A DNA stretch of 47,570 bases from an uncultured Bacilli bacterium (GCA_947588975.1 CANQAF010000001.1:1-47570), one strand, 5' to 3'. Shown: positions 18,091-29,459, counted from the stretch's first letter. Numbers and translations are program-made. Notes: a model not told the origin generated them from the letters alone.

Positions 18091-18531
18091 TTACTGACAT
18101 GTATAGCCTTCTTGTTCTAATTCTTTTTTTGCATCTTCCAAAGATTGATATATACTACCTATACTTAATGCTTGTTTTGCTTCATCATCCATCTTCTTGA
18201 TATCCGCAGTAATTGTAACGGATAAAATATTATCTGTTTGATTGGTACTAAATTCAATACCTTTTTTCCCCTCTAAATTTGCATATGATTCTTTTATTGA
18301 GGTTTCAAAGTCACTTACAAAATTCATATAAGTTCCCAAAATTTCAATTTCTGCATAAATAGATAAATTTGTTACTTTTTTACCTTGAAACGTAACATTT
18401 AAAGCTTCTTTCCATTGTAAATTTTCAACTGAAGAATCTGTTTTTGTACAATTTAACTTTTGAGATTTATTGCAACCAGTTGATCCTAAAATGAAACATA
18501 TAATGGCTACATAACCTAACAATTTTTTCAT
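18091..18531 (-). CDS. Lipoprotein (possibly DUF1307/YehR-like)
   Basis: Start at ATG 18531 (MKKLLGYVAIICFILGSTGC, lipobox) after SD GGAGG. Mature part about 125 aa. Confidence 0.7.
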   Translation of the reverse strand: MKKLLGYVAIICFILGSTGCNKSQKLNCTKTDSSVENLQWKEALNVTFQGKKVTNLSIYAEIEILGTYMNFVSDFETSIKESYANLEGKKGIEFSTNQTDNILSVTITADIKKMDDEAKQALSIGSIYQSLEDAKKELEQEGYTCQ

Positions 18532-18582
18532 ACAAATTCCTCCGTACAACAAATTATACCGCAAATATAAATATCCGTCAAT

Positions 18583-19110
18583 TTAATTGCCAAAGAAGAA
18601 ATTTACAATGAGTATTGCGGAAATAATTCCAATGATATCTGCTGCAAGTCCTGCCCATAATGCATATCGAATTTTTTTAACTCCAATACTCCCAAAATAT
18701 AAGGTAAGAATATAGAATGTAGTATCAGTAGAACCTTGAATCACAGAAGCTAGTCTGCCAATAAAACTATCTGGCCCATAAGAAGCAAATAAATTATTTA
18801 AAATCGCTAATGAAGAACTTCCTGAAATTGGTCTTAATACCATCATTGGAAAGATTTCTATTGGAACATTTAGTTGTGCAAATGCTGGTTTTAAAATAGT
18901 AAATATATAATTTAAAACATTACTTTTTAAAAATATATTGATACCAAAAATCATCCCTAATAAGCATGGAAACATATTAAATACCATGTCAAAACTTTCT
19001 GTTGCACCTTCTACAAAAGTATCATAAATATTCACTTTTTTATAAATTCCATACACAATTACAATCAACACCAGTAATGGAATTATGTAGTTTGAAATTT
19101 GCTCTATCAT
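18583..19110 (-). CDS. spmB: Spore maturation protein B (nucleoside-recognition/Gate domain)
   Basis: Polytopic membrane protein downstream of spmA and dacB, the same synteny as the B. subtilis dacB-spmA-spmB operon. Start at ATG 19110 (MIEQISNYIIPLL), 4 nt after the spmA stop. Confidence 0.8.
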   Translation of the reverse strand: MIEQISNYIIPLLVLIVIVYGIYKKVNIYDTFVEGATESFDMVFNMFPCLLGMIFGINIFLKSNVLNYIFTILKPAFAQLNVPIEIFPMMVLRPISGSSSLAILNNLFASYGPDSFIGRLASVIQGSTDTTFYILTLYFGSIGVKKIRYALWAGLAADIIGIISAILIVNFFFGN

Positions 19111-19114
19111 TCGT

Positions 19115-19690
19115 TTACCTTCTTTTCGCCAACAATCTATCAATTATTAATCCACCAATCGTGGATGCTAACGTCGCAAGTATACATGCGAATACGATTT
19201 CTGTAGGATTAGTACTACCATACATCATACGAAGAGAAATAATGGTTGTTGGTATAATGGTGACTCCGCTTGTATTTAGTACTAAAAATGTAATCATGCT
19301 TCTAGAAGCTGTTTCCTTTTGACGATTGATAGACTGTAATGATTTCATTGCTTTTAGCCCAAATGGAGTTGCCGCATTGCCAAGTCCAAACATATTTGCA
19401 GTAATATTAGATGCAATTAAACTCAATGATTCATGCCCTGGAGGGATTTCTGGAAATATTTTTTTTAAAAATGGAGATAACACATTAGACAATTTATTTA
19501 ATAAGCCTGATTCAGTTGCAATATTCATAATTCCTAACCAAAGTGCCATTACCGGAAATATTTTTACAATCATATCCAAACTGCTCTTTGTGCTTTCTAG
19601 TATTTCATTATTTAATACATCTACCTTCCCAGTCAAAATACAAACAACGATTCCTATTACAATGAAAAATCCCCAAATTTTATTTACCAT
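19115..19690 (-). CDS. spmA: Spore maturation protein A
   Basis: 191-aa membrane protein (MVNKIWGFFIVIGIVV...GNAATPFGLKAM). Overlaps the dacB stop by 7 nt. Confidence 0.8.
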   Translation of the reverse strand: MVNKIWGFFIVIGIVVCILTGKVDVLNNEILESTKSSLDMIVKIFPVMALWLGIMNIATESGLLNKLSNVLSPFLKKIFPEIPPGHESLSLIASNITANMFGLGNAATPFGLKAMKSLQSINRQKETASRSMITFLVLNTSGVTIIPTTIISLRMMYGSTNPTEIVFACILATLASTIGGLIIDRLLAKRR

Positions 19691-20769
19691 AAATGTTGAA
19701 ACCAGTCCTTTATTTTTTCAAAAAAACTTTTTTTATTTTTTGGCTTTTCAATAGGTGATGCATAAATAATTTCCTGTTTCACATCTTTATCTCCTAAATA
19801 TAAATGAATTGTTCCTACTTTAGTTTCTTTTTTTATGATTTGATTTTTTATCATTTCATATTTGATATGAAGAGATTCTTTTTCACCAACTTGTAATGGA
19901 TATGTAATATCATTTTTTATATATAGATTGTAATTCTTGTAATATTTATCGTCTATTTTTAAATTACCCTTTTTCAATACTTGATAATTTTGGTAATTTG
20001 CAAATCCATATTCAAAAAGATTGATATGATCTTGAAAATCGTTACCATCATTTAATGTAACAGCAACTAAATTTAATCCATCTTTAGATGCAGACGTGAC
20101 TAAAGTTCGCCTTGCCTTTTTTGTAAATCCAGTTTTCCCACCTGTTGTATATGAATACTGACTTAATAACTTGTTTTTGTTGTACCAAATGTATGTATTC
20201 ATATTTGTTTTTAATTTATATTTACTAGTACCTACAATTTTCGCAAAATCAGTATTTTTCATTGCATAACTCATTAAAATAGCCATATCATAAGCTGTTG
20301 AATAATTTCCTTTATCGTCATCATCTAGGCCATTTGGATTATAGTAAGTCGTATTTTTCATACCTAATTGAATTGCCTTTTCATTCATTTGTTTCACAAA
20401 TTGATCGATACTTCCTCCTACATAATTTGCTATAGCTAACGATGCATCATTTCCACTACGTAACATTAGTCCGTATACTAAATCTTCTAAAGTAAGGATT
20501 TCTCCCTTTTTAATATAAATTCCAGAGCCATGCGCTCCTGCAATTTCATCCCCAATTACAATTTTATTTTTCAATTTTCCACTTTCTATAGCTAAAACCG
20601 CTGTCATCACTTTTGATATACTTGCTACACTTCTGACTTCATTCATATTAGATGCATATAAAATGCGCCCACTATCCTGGTCCATTAATATAGCAGCATT
20701 GGCACTGGTCCCGATTGCTTTTATGTAAAATGGAAAACATAATATGATAATTAAAATGATTTTTTTCAT
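19684..20769 (-). CDS. dacB: D-alanyl-D-alanine carboxypeptidase (low-MW PBP, sporulation-type DacB)
   Basis: Signal peptide. SxxK (SISKVMT), SGN (RSGNDAS) and KTG (GKTGFT). Upstream there is a weakly sigma-E-like CATAAT-13 nt-CATATACT (20812-20786), read by eye only. Confidence 0.85.
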   Translation of the reverse strand: MKKIILIIILCFPFYIKAIGTSANAAILMDQDSGRILYASNMNEVRSVASISKVMTAVLAIESGKLKNKIVIGDEIAGAHGSGIYIKKGEILTLEDLVYGLMLRSGNDASLAIANYVGGSIDQFVKQMNEKAIQLGMKNTTYYNPNGLDDDDKGNYSTAYDMAILMSYAMKNTDFAKIVGTSKYKLKTNMNTYIWYNKNKLLSQYSYTTGGKTGFTKKARRTLVTSASKDGLNLVAVTLNDGNDFQDHINLFEYGFANYQNYQVLKKGNLKIDDKYYKNYNLYIKNDITYPLQVGEKESLHIKYEMIKNQIIKKETKVGTIHLYLGDKDVKQEIIYASPIEKPKNKKSFFEKIKDWFQHLW

Positions 20770-20817
20770 TTATTTCACCTAAAAAAGTATATGAAAATGA
20801 GGACAAATTATGTTTGC

Positions 20818-20843
20818 AATAAAAAAGAATCCTAAGATTCTTT
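20818..20843 (-). terminator. Intrinsic terminator after lipoprotein gene 20895-21443
   Basis: Minus sense AAAGAATC-ttag-GATTCTTT followed by a T-run. Confidence 0.6.
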
Positions 20844-20894
20844 CGTATTTTTAAAGCTTTATATCATTTATTTTATCGTGACTTATCTAATTAC

Positions 20895-21443
20895 TTAATG
20901 TATATACATTCCATGTATTTTTTGTTCATTTTCATCACTCAAATGATCCAGCTTCCATTCATCGTCTACTTTTGTTAAAGTTAAGTTTAAAGTATATTTT
21001 ACTTTATCTTTCACTTCTTTTAATTGGTCTAATCTGTATGTTACAAATTTGAATTTATTATATTCACCATTTTCATCCTGAAATTCTTCTGGATGTTCTG
21101 CTAAATAGTTTTCAGCATCACTCATAGCTTTAGAGTAATCATAAACTTCAATTTCAACCGTTACTGTTGCAGTATCACCATCAATTATTTCATCTTTTAC
21201 ATCATACGTTAAATCTTTATAATGTTTTTTCATCAATTCCTTATATTCTGCACGTTGCTCTGTGTTAAAGTTTTCTTCTTCATTGATTGTTTTATCCAAT
21301 TGTTCAATCACTTCATCATCCAACGATTGATAATTACTAAAGAACATTTCTACTTTTTTAGTTGGTGTATTCATTAATTTTTGATCACAACCACAACCAG
21401 TAAATAACGCAAGTGCTGATAAAACCAGAATTATTTTTTTCAT
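20895..21443 (-). CDS. Lipoprotein, acidic, function unknown
   Basis: Lipobox LALFTGC; 182 aa; SD GGAGG upstream. Confidence 0.7.
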   Translation of the reverse strand: MKKIILVLSALALFTGCGCDQKLMNTPTKKVEMFFSNYQSLDDEVIEQLDKTINEEENFNTEQRAEYKELMKKHYKDLTYDVKDEIIDGDTATVTVEIEVYDYSKAMSDAENYLAEHPEEFQDENGEYNKFKFVTYRLDQLKEVKDKVKYTLNLTLTKVDDEWKLDHLSDENEQKIHGMYIH

Positions 21444-21504
21444 AATTTTTCCTCCTTATTAGTAGTTTGTCTTCGTTTTTGAATAATATACCTAAATACC
21501 ATTA

Positions 21505-22143
21505 TTATTTTGAAAGATATAGCAATTCAAAAAATTTTGATAACCTTTCCACCACAACATCATTGTTTTCATCTAAGGATTTATTAAAATCCAAAATAAT
21601 TTTTTCTATATCTTCTTCTTTTTTATCAAAACATTCATAATATAAATATTTCAATTGCAAAATTGCACCATTCTCTTTTAATTCTTTTATGCGATGACGA
21701 ATACGTTTTTCTGTCTCTTTTTCTTTTCTCGTTTTAAATTCAGATTTATTTTCTTTTTTAACAATTTGAAAATCAATTTTTTCTTCATTTAAACGTTCAG
21801 CAACTTCAATTACCTCCAATTCTTCATCAACAAGTAAATGACTTTTTTTTAACATATTATTCTTTATTAATACAGCAAGAGCCTGTGATCCGTCACTTAG
21901 TAAAAAACAATATTTCACATATTGAATATCTTTTCCTATAAATAATTCTGTTCGATTTTCTATACGATTTAATATTTTATGATCAAATTGAACGGTATTA
22001 TCCATAATTTGCTTTAGTTGAAGACTAGAAATTTTGATTAAAGGCATTTTTCTTATATTAATAATATTATCATTGGGATTCCAGTCATAAAAATCATATA
22101 ATGTATCATGAAAATTTAGTAAAATATCATATATGTAATTCAT
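21505..22143 (-). CDS. Hypothetical cytoplasmic protein (212 aa)
   Basis: Long ORF with N-terminus MNYIYDILLNFHDTLYDFYDWNPND and a charged helical C-terminal half. No motif recognised. Confidence 0.65.
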   Translation of the reverse strand: MNYIYDILLNFHDTLYDFYDWNPNDNIINIRKMPLIKISSLQLKQIMDNTVQFDHKILNRIENRTELFIGKDIQYVKYCFLLSDGSQALAVLIKNNMLKKSHLLVDEELEVIEVAERLNEEKIDFQIVKKENKSEFKTRKEKETEKRIRHRIKELKENGAILQLKYLYYECFDKKEEDIEKIILDFNKSLDENNDVVVERLSKFFELLYLSK

Positions 22144-22384
22144 ATTTATTCCCTCCCGGTATAAAAATAGCGCAACTGATCAACAACATGCCAAAGATAA
22201 AAGATAGGCATTCTATTCGCCTAATTATAAAATTAACATATTCCAAAAAATTATACCCGATTGTAAGTAAATTCAAATAACTGATGATATAAATTCCTCC
22301 AATAATCATAAGTCCAAATCCTAAAAGGAAAGTAAAAATTCGACATAACACACTATCACCTATTTCAATACTTAGTGTATGCAA
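22127..22384 (-). CDS. Possible small membrane protein (two or three TM helices)
   Basis: The 85-aa ORF begins at a TTG with no SD, and the first in-frame ATG is codon 26. It overlaps the next gene by 17 nt. Hydrophobic throughout. Start and reality uncertain. Confidence 0.4.
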   Translation of the reverse strand: MHTLSIEIGDSVLCRIFTFLLGFGLMIIGGIYIISYLNLLTIGYNFLEYVNFIIRRIECLSFIFGMLLISCAIFIPGGNKYELHI

Positions 22385-22400
22385 TTAAAATATACAATAT

Positions 22401-22426
22401 AAAAAAGAAGTAATATTACTTCTTTT

Positions 22427-22428
<2 letters not shown>
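22401..22428 (-). terminator. Intrinsic terminator after ligA
   Basis: Palindrome GAAGTAAT/ATTACTTC flanked by A6 and T6, immediately after the ligA stop (22427-22429). Confidence 0.7.
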
Positions 22429-24454
<2,026 letters not shown>

Positions 24455-24481
24455 TTACTAGGAAAAAGTTAGCTTATTGTA

Positions 24482-24512
24482 GAAAAAAACGATCTATTAA
24501 ATAAAGATCGTT
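24482..24512 (-). terminator. Intrinsic terminator after the repeat-protein gene
   Basis: Minus sense AACGATCT-N9-AGATCGTT followed by T7; overlaps the stop at 24511-24513. Confidence 0.65.
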
Positions 24513-25638
24513 ATTTATTTTCTTTACAATTTGCTTGATATTTATATACTAAAGTATTTCCTTTAATATCTGCATCTATTCCCTTTTGTTCAATTAGATA
24601 ATCAATATAATTTTTCATTTCCTCTAAAGTTTTGATATTTTTTATATTTTCACGATGTGAAACTTCTAACTGTTTTCTTTGCTGTGTTTTAGATTGTTCA
24701 TAAGCTTGTTGCATACATTCTATTTGTTCTGTAATAGATTTCGTAGTCAATACTGTTAAATCTACTGCTATATGATATGCATTTTCATTATAATCGCAAT
24801 TCTTTAGTTCTTCCATTAACTGGATTTGGTCTTCGGTGGTTCTGGACTTTAATACATTTGAATTGATAGCAATTTTAAATGCATATTCATCATAACCGCA
24901 ATTTTTGAGCTCTTCCATCAATCTAATTTGTTCCTTGGTAGTTCTTTCTAATACATCTGAATCGATAGCTATACAACTTGCACATACATCATAATCGCAA
25001 TTCTTGAGTTCTTCCATTAACTGGATTTGATCTGCAGTGGTTCTTTGTCTTAATGCATCTGAGTCGATAACAATGTAATATGCATTTTCATTATAATCGC
25101 ATTTCTTTAGTTCTTCCATCAATCTAATTTGTTCTTCGGTTGTTCTTGCTTTCAATACGTTTGTAGCAACAACGATGTTATATGCATAGTAATTATAGTC
25201 GCATTTCTTGAGAACTTCTATTAATCTAACTTGCTCTTCAGTTGTTCTTTTTTCTAATACATTATCATTGACAGCAATTTTATATGCATATTCGTTATAC
25301 TCGCAATTCTTGAGCTCTTCCATTAATTTAATTTGGTCTGCAGTTGTTCTTTTTTCTAATACATCTGAATCGGCAGCTATATAATATGCATATTTATTAT
25401 AATCATAATTTTTGAAAGCCTCCATTAACTGAATTTGTTCTGTAGTAGTTCTTTCTGTTAATACATCTGAATCGACAACAATGTAATATGCATATTCATT
25501 ATAGTTACAATTCTTGAGTTCCTGTAATAATAATTTTATATCATTATCAGATAAATGATTTAAACCTTTCATTATTTTTTTAATCATATCTAAATTTGGA
25601 ACTTCATTCACAATCATTTGTATTGTTTCTACTTTCAT
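24511..25638 (-). CDS. Acidic tandem-repeat protein: eight 33-35-aa repeats plus a 68-aa C-terminal tail; function unknown
   Basis: 375-aa ORF with SD GAGGTGG. Repeat consensus is LMEELKNCDYNEyAYyIaiDSDVLekRTTeEQIq. Confidence 0.85.
   Translation of the reverse strand: MKVETIQMIVNEVPNLDMIKKIMKGLNHLSDNDIKLLLQELKNCNYNEYAYYIVVDSDVLTERTTTEQIQLMEAFKNYDYNKYAYYIAADSDVLEKRTTADQIKLMEELKNCEYNEYAYKIAVNDNVLEKRTTEEQVRLIEVLKKCDYNYYAYNIVVATNVLKARTTEEQIRLMEELKKCDYNENAYYIVIDSDALRQRTTADQIQLMEELKNCDYDVCASCIAIDSDVLERTTKEQIRLMEELKNCGYDEYAFKIAINSNVLKSRTTEDQIQLMEELKNCDYNENAYHIAVDLTVLTTKSITEQIECMQQAYEQSKTQQRKQLEVSHRENIKNIKTLEEMKNYIDYLIEQKGIDADIKGNTLVYKYQANCKENK
24718..25533 (-). repeat. Coding tandem repeat, eight units of about 102 nt (one of 105, one of 99)
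   Basis: Codons 36-307 of the ORF. Long stretches recur at the nucleotide level, for example ataatcgcaattcttgagttcttccattaactggatttg. Confidence 0.9.
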
Positions 25639-25663
25639 CTTTCCACCTCACTATTGATTATTT

Positions 25664-25692
25664 ATTCTAACATTTTTTATTTTATAATGCAA
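25664..25692 (-). promoter_or_regulatory. Sigma-A promoter of the repeat-protein gene
   Basis: Minus sense: TTGCAT (25692-25687), 17 nt, TAGAAT (25669-25664). Confidence 0.6.
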
Positions 25693-25701
25693 GACATGTA
25701 T

Positions 25702-25728
25702 AAGAAAAAGAAGTATATTGCTATACTT
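25702..25728 (-). terminator. Intrinsic terminator after pcrA and the small ORF
   Basis: Minus sense AAGTATA-gcaa-TATACTT followed by CTTTTTCTT. Confidence 0.55.
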
Positions 25729-25760
25729 AATTAGTCTACAGAATCTTCTGTTTAAAATTA

Positions 25761-25916
25761 TTAATCTTTATGTAATGCATTGTAGGTAATGTAAAAAATC
25801 AAAAGACCTAGGAAAAATAATCCTACCCATAATACCGGATTATTTCCATTTTCAATAATCCATCCTTGAAAATCTTTTGCTACTTTACTGATACTATCAA
25901 TAATACTTAATACCAT
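25761..25916 (-). CDS. Small single-TM protein (51 aa), translationally coupled to pcrA
   Basis: Below the ORF-track size cutoff; hand translation gives MVLSIIDSISKVAKDFQGWIIENGNNPVLWVGLFFLGLLIFYITYNALHKD. The ATG lies 1 nt after the pcrA stop, and SD AGGTGA sits inside the pcrA 3' end. Confidence 0.5.
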   Translation of the reverse strand: MVLSIIDSISKVAKDFQGWIIENGNNPVLWVGLFFLGLLIFYITYNALHKD

Positions 25917-25917
25917 A

Positions 25918-28011
25918 CTAATCACCTATTACCTTTCTAAAAGTCTTATGACCTTTTAACAATTTTTTTATTCCATGTGGATAAGGAAACGCAACTGTAA
26001 TAATACTTGCTTCCACACCAACAATCATACCAATACCAAAGTTATCATGTTCTACTTTTTCGCCTACACAATATTCAATAGAAGAATCTATTATATCTTC
26101 TTTTTTAAACTGTGACTTGGTACTCATCATGATATCAGAATCTACTTCTAGATATTCATCACTAATTTCATCTAAGAAACGGCTTGGTAAATTATAACTT
26201 ACATCACCAAATATTGTTCTTTTTCTCGCATTGACCAAATGCAGTGTCTTTTTTGCTCTAGTTACTGCTACATAACAAAGACGCCTTTCTTCTTCTATTT
26301 GTTCTAAATCCATCAAAGAATTGCTATGTGGAAAAAGTCCCTCTTCCATTCCAATTAAGAATACATGATTAAATTCAAGTCCCTTTGCAGAATGGATCGT
26401 CATCAGTGTGACAACATCATGATTATTTTTATGTTCTTCGATATCGGACACAAGACTAATTTCATTCAAAAAGTCTTCTAAAGATATAATACCATTTTTT
26501 TCTTCAAATGTCTTGGTAATTGTTTTAAATTCTTCCAAATTTTCCAAACGGATATCTGCTTCTAACGTTTTTTCTTGTTCTAACTCATGCTTTATACCCG
26601 TTTTTTCTAAGACAAGGTCTACTAATTCCGTTAAAGAACAATCTGTTTTTTGAATCGATTCAATCATAGTCTTAAATTCTAATTCTTTTCCAGATGTAAT
26701 TGCATCAAATAAACTACTATGTTCATTCATTGCTTTGATACTTAAATTTTCAATTGATTTATCCCCAATCCCTCTTTTTGGAACATTGACGACTCTCATA
26801 AAAGAAACGTCGTCATTTGAATTATAAATCAATTTTAAGTAACAAATTAAATCTTTAATTTCTTTTCGATTATAGAAATAAAAGCTACCTACTACTTTAT
26901 ATGGAATATTTTCTTGTAATAATGCTTCTTCTATATTACGTGATTGTGCATTCGTACGATATAAAACAGCAATTTCATTAGGCTTTTCACCTTTATTTAA
27001 TAATGTTTGAATTTCTTTCACGACATAATGCGCTTCATCCGTTTCATTATCCGCTTTATGATATCTAATTTTTAAACCTTCTTCATTTGCTGTCCATAAT
27101 TTTTTTTCTTTCCTTTGTTTATTGTTTTTAATAATGTCATTTGCTGCATTCAATATTGTTTTAGTTGACCGATAATTTTCCTCTAATAAAATCACCTTTG
27201 TATTTTCAAAATCTTTTTCAAAATTTAAAATATTTTTGTAATTGGCACCTCTCCATGCATAAATTGCTTGTGAATCATCTCCAACTACACATATATTTTT
27301 ATATTTTGCACTCATCATTTTGGATAAAATATATTGTGCTTCATTCGTATCCTGATATTCATCTATTAATACATATTCAAACTTATCTTGATATTTTTTT
27401 AAAATTTCTGGATGACTATGAAATAATTCAATTGGTTTTATCAATAAATCATCAAAATCAAAAGAGTTGTTTGTTTTCAACTTTTGTTCATATCGTTCAT
27501 ATACTTTCACAACCACCTCTTCATAAGCAGTGACAGCATATTTTTCATATTCTTTTGGAGTCATTAGTTCATTTTTAGCACCACTAATTTTACTACGAAT
27601 TGCTTTTGGGTTATATTCTTTTGGATCATATCCTAATTCTTTAATTATTTTCTTAATAATCGTAATCGTATCATCACTATCCATAATCGTAAAATTAGAG
27701 TGATATCCTAATACATCATAATTTTCCTTGATCAATTGTAAACCAAATGAATGAAATGTTGATATTTGAATTTGATACGCAACAGGCCCGAGCATCTCTA
27801 ATACTCTATCTTTCATTTCCCCCGCAGCCTTATTGGTAAATGTAATGGCAAGAATATGCGTTGGATTTATATGTTTTTCTTCTACTAAATACGCAATACG
27901 AGTAGTTAAAACTCTAGTTTTTCCACTTCCTGCACCGGCAATAACTAACACAGGCCCTTCTGTGGTCATAACAGCTTCTTTTTGTTCTTTGTTTAAAAAA
28001 TCTAAGTTCAT
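25918..28011 (-). CDS. pcrA: ATP-dependent DNA helicase PcrA (UvrD/Rep superfamily 1)
   Basis: Walker A AGAGSGKT. DEYQDT. VGDDSQAIYAWRGA. YRS. TIHSAKGLEF. VAVTRAK. Confidence 0.95.
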   Translation of the reverse strand: MNLDFLNKEQKEAVMTTEGPVLVIAGAGSGKTRVLTTRIAYLVEEKHINPTHILAITFTNKAAGEMKDRVLEMLGPVAYQIQISTFHSFGLQLIKENYDVLGYHSNFTIMDSDDTITIIKKIIKELGYDPKEYNPKAIRSKISGAKNELMTPKEYEKYAVTAYEEVVVKVYERYEQKLKTNNSFDFDDLLIKPIELFHSHPEILKKYQDKFEYVLIDEYQDTNEAQYILSKMMSAKYKNICVVGDDSQAIYAWRGANYKNILNFEKDFENTKVILLEENYRSTKTILNAANDIIKNNKQRKEKKLWTANEEGLKIRYHKADNETDEAHYVVKEIQTLLNKGEKPNEIAVLYRTNAQSRNIEEALLQENIPYKVVGSFYFYNRKEIKDLICYLKLIYNSNDDVSFMRVVNVPKRGIGDKSIENLSIKAMNEHSSLFDAITSGKELEFKTMIESIQKTDCSLTELVDLVLEKTGIKHELEQEKTLEADIRLENLEEFKTITKTFEEKNGIISLEDFLNEISLVSDIEEHKNNHDVVTLMTIHSAKGLEFNHVFLIGMEEGLFPHSNSLMDLEQIEEERRLCYVAVTRAKKTLHLVNARKRTIFGDVSYNLPSRFLDEISDEYLEVDSDIMMSTKSQFKKEDIIDSSIEYCVGEKVEHDNFGIGMIVGVEASIITVAFPYPHGIKKLLKGHKTFRKVIGD

Positions 28012-28112
28012 ATCATCACTGCTTTCCTACCTCTTCTATTGTACCACATTGTAAAGTAATCTGATACATAAGAAGATAAGATTTTCATATAATGTATGAA
28101 AAGGAGAATTTT

Positions 28113-29441
28113 ATGACAATTCATACATTAGCTGAAATTATCCATGGAAAGATGGAAAAAGTATATCCGGATAAAGAAACGGGTAAAATTCAAATTGATA
28201 CTAGAGTATTAGAAGAAAATGATGTTTATATTGCGCTCGTTGGAAAAACATTAAATGGGCATGATTTTATTATGGAAGCCATTCAAAAAGGAGCATCTGT
28301 CATAGTTGCTTCTAAACATATTGATATAGATACTGATACTCCTATTATATATGTAGATGATACAATGAAAAGTTTAGAAGACTTGGCAAAATATTATCGT
28401 CAAACTTATTCTACATATATGATTGCAATCACTGGTAGTGTTGGGAAAACCACAACACGAGAACTACTCTATACCATTTTATCTACCACATATTCTGTAT
28501 TAAAAAGTGAAAAAAATTACAATAATCATATAGGAATTCCTCTTACCCTTTTCCAACTAAATCCAGATTATAATATTGTGTTATTAGAAATGGGAATGAA
28601 TCATACAGGCGAAATTGAATATTTATCTAAAATGGTTCATCCAGATTTAGGAGTTATCACTAATATTGGCACTTCTCATATTGGAAATCTAGGATCTCAA
28701 GAAAAAATATATAAAGCAAAAATGGAAATTACACAGGGTATGGATGATGGTACTCTATTTGTGAATGGTGACGATCCATATCTAAAAAAAGTAAAAGGTA
28801 ACAAAAATTATCGTACCATTCATGTAGGTGTAAAACATTACTATCATTTAAAACCTTTTGCAATTCATGAAGAATTAGGAACCTTATTCTTTAAAGTGAA
28901 CTATCAAAAAGAAACATACGATGTATCTGTTCCAGTTACAGGCAAGCACTTTTTAAGTAATATTTTATTAGCTATGGAAATAGGTTTATACTTACATATT
29001 GATATCCAAACTATTATCGAATCACTGAAGCATTTTAAACCTATTCATGAACGTATGAATGTGATATCAGAACATGATTTTACCGTAATTGATGACTGTT
29101 ATAATGCAAGCTATGAATCTTATCGTAGTCTATTTGACTTTTTAAATACAAGAAAAGAAGAAAAAATTATTATTTTAGGAGACATCTTAGAACTTGGTAA
29201 ATTCAGCCATAAAATTCATAAAAAGTTGAAAAAGCTTTTAAAAAAATTGAAGCATACTACTGTATTATCCATTGGTACTGCAACCCAATCTTATATTGGA
29301 AAAAATATGTTCCATTTTGATAATATTGAATCTCTAATTGTTTATTTATCAAGAATAAATTATAAAAATAAATTAATTATCATTAAAGGTTCAAGAGGCA
29401 TGCACCTAGAAAAAATTAAAGATTTTTTATGCAAAAAGTAA
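28113..29441 (+). CDS. murF: UDP-N-acetylmuramoyl-tripeptide--D-alanyl-D-alanine ligase
   Basis: Mur ligase P-loop GSVGKTTT. NNHIGIPLT. DDCYNAS. Start set to ATG 28113 (MTIHTL) after SD AAAGGAG. Confidence 0.9.
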   Translation: MTIHTLAEIIHGKMEKVYPDKETGKIQIDTRVLEENDVYIALVGKTLNGHDFIMEAIQKGASVIVASKHIDIDTDTPIIYVDDTMKSLEDLAKYYRQTYSTYMIAITGSVGKTTTRELLYTILSTTYSVLKSEKNYNNHIGIPLTLFQLNPDYNIVLLEMGMNHTGEIEYLSKMVHPDLGVITNIGTSHIGNLGSQEKIYKAKMEITQGMDDGTLFVNGDDPYLKKVKGNKNYRTIHVGVKHYYHLKPFAIHEELGTLFFKVNYQKETYDVSVPVTGKHFLSNILLAMEIGLYLHIDIQTIIESLKHFKPIHERMNVISEHDFTVIDDCYNASYESYRSLFDFLNTRKEEKIIILGDILELGKFSHKIHKKLKKLLKKLKHTTVLSIGTATQSYIGKNMFHFDNIESLIVYLSRINYKNKLIIIKGSRGMHLEKIKDFLCKK

Positions 29442-29459
29442 GCAAATGCTTACTTTTTT
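29433..29459. terminator. Bidirectional terminator between murF and pilin-like gene 2
   Basis: A5-GTAAGC-aaat-GCTTAC-T6. Confidence 0.7.

Noticed and set aside
19326-19754. 142-aa plus-strand ORF (and its neighbour 19002-19322)
   Set aside because: Both lie entirely antisense to spmA/spmB, whose family identity and operon context are clear. There is no SD, and the low-complexity composition is typical of shadow ORFs in AT-rich DNA.
24718-25533. 102-nt tandem repeats as a CRISPR array or noncoding satellite
   Set aside because: The period is continuous with no unique spacers. The array lies in one long open frame with SD, promoter and terminator, and the repeat boundaries coincide with a 34-aa protein repeat.
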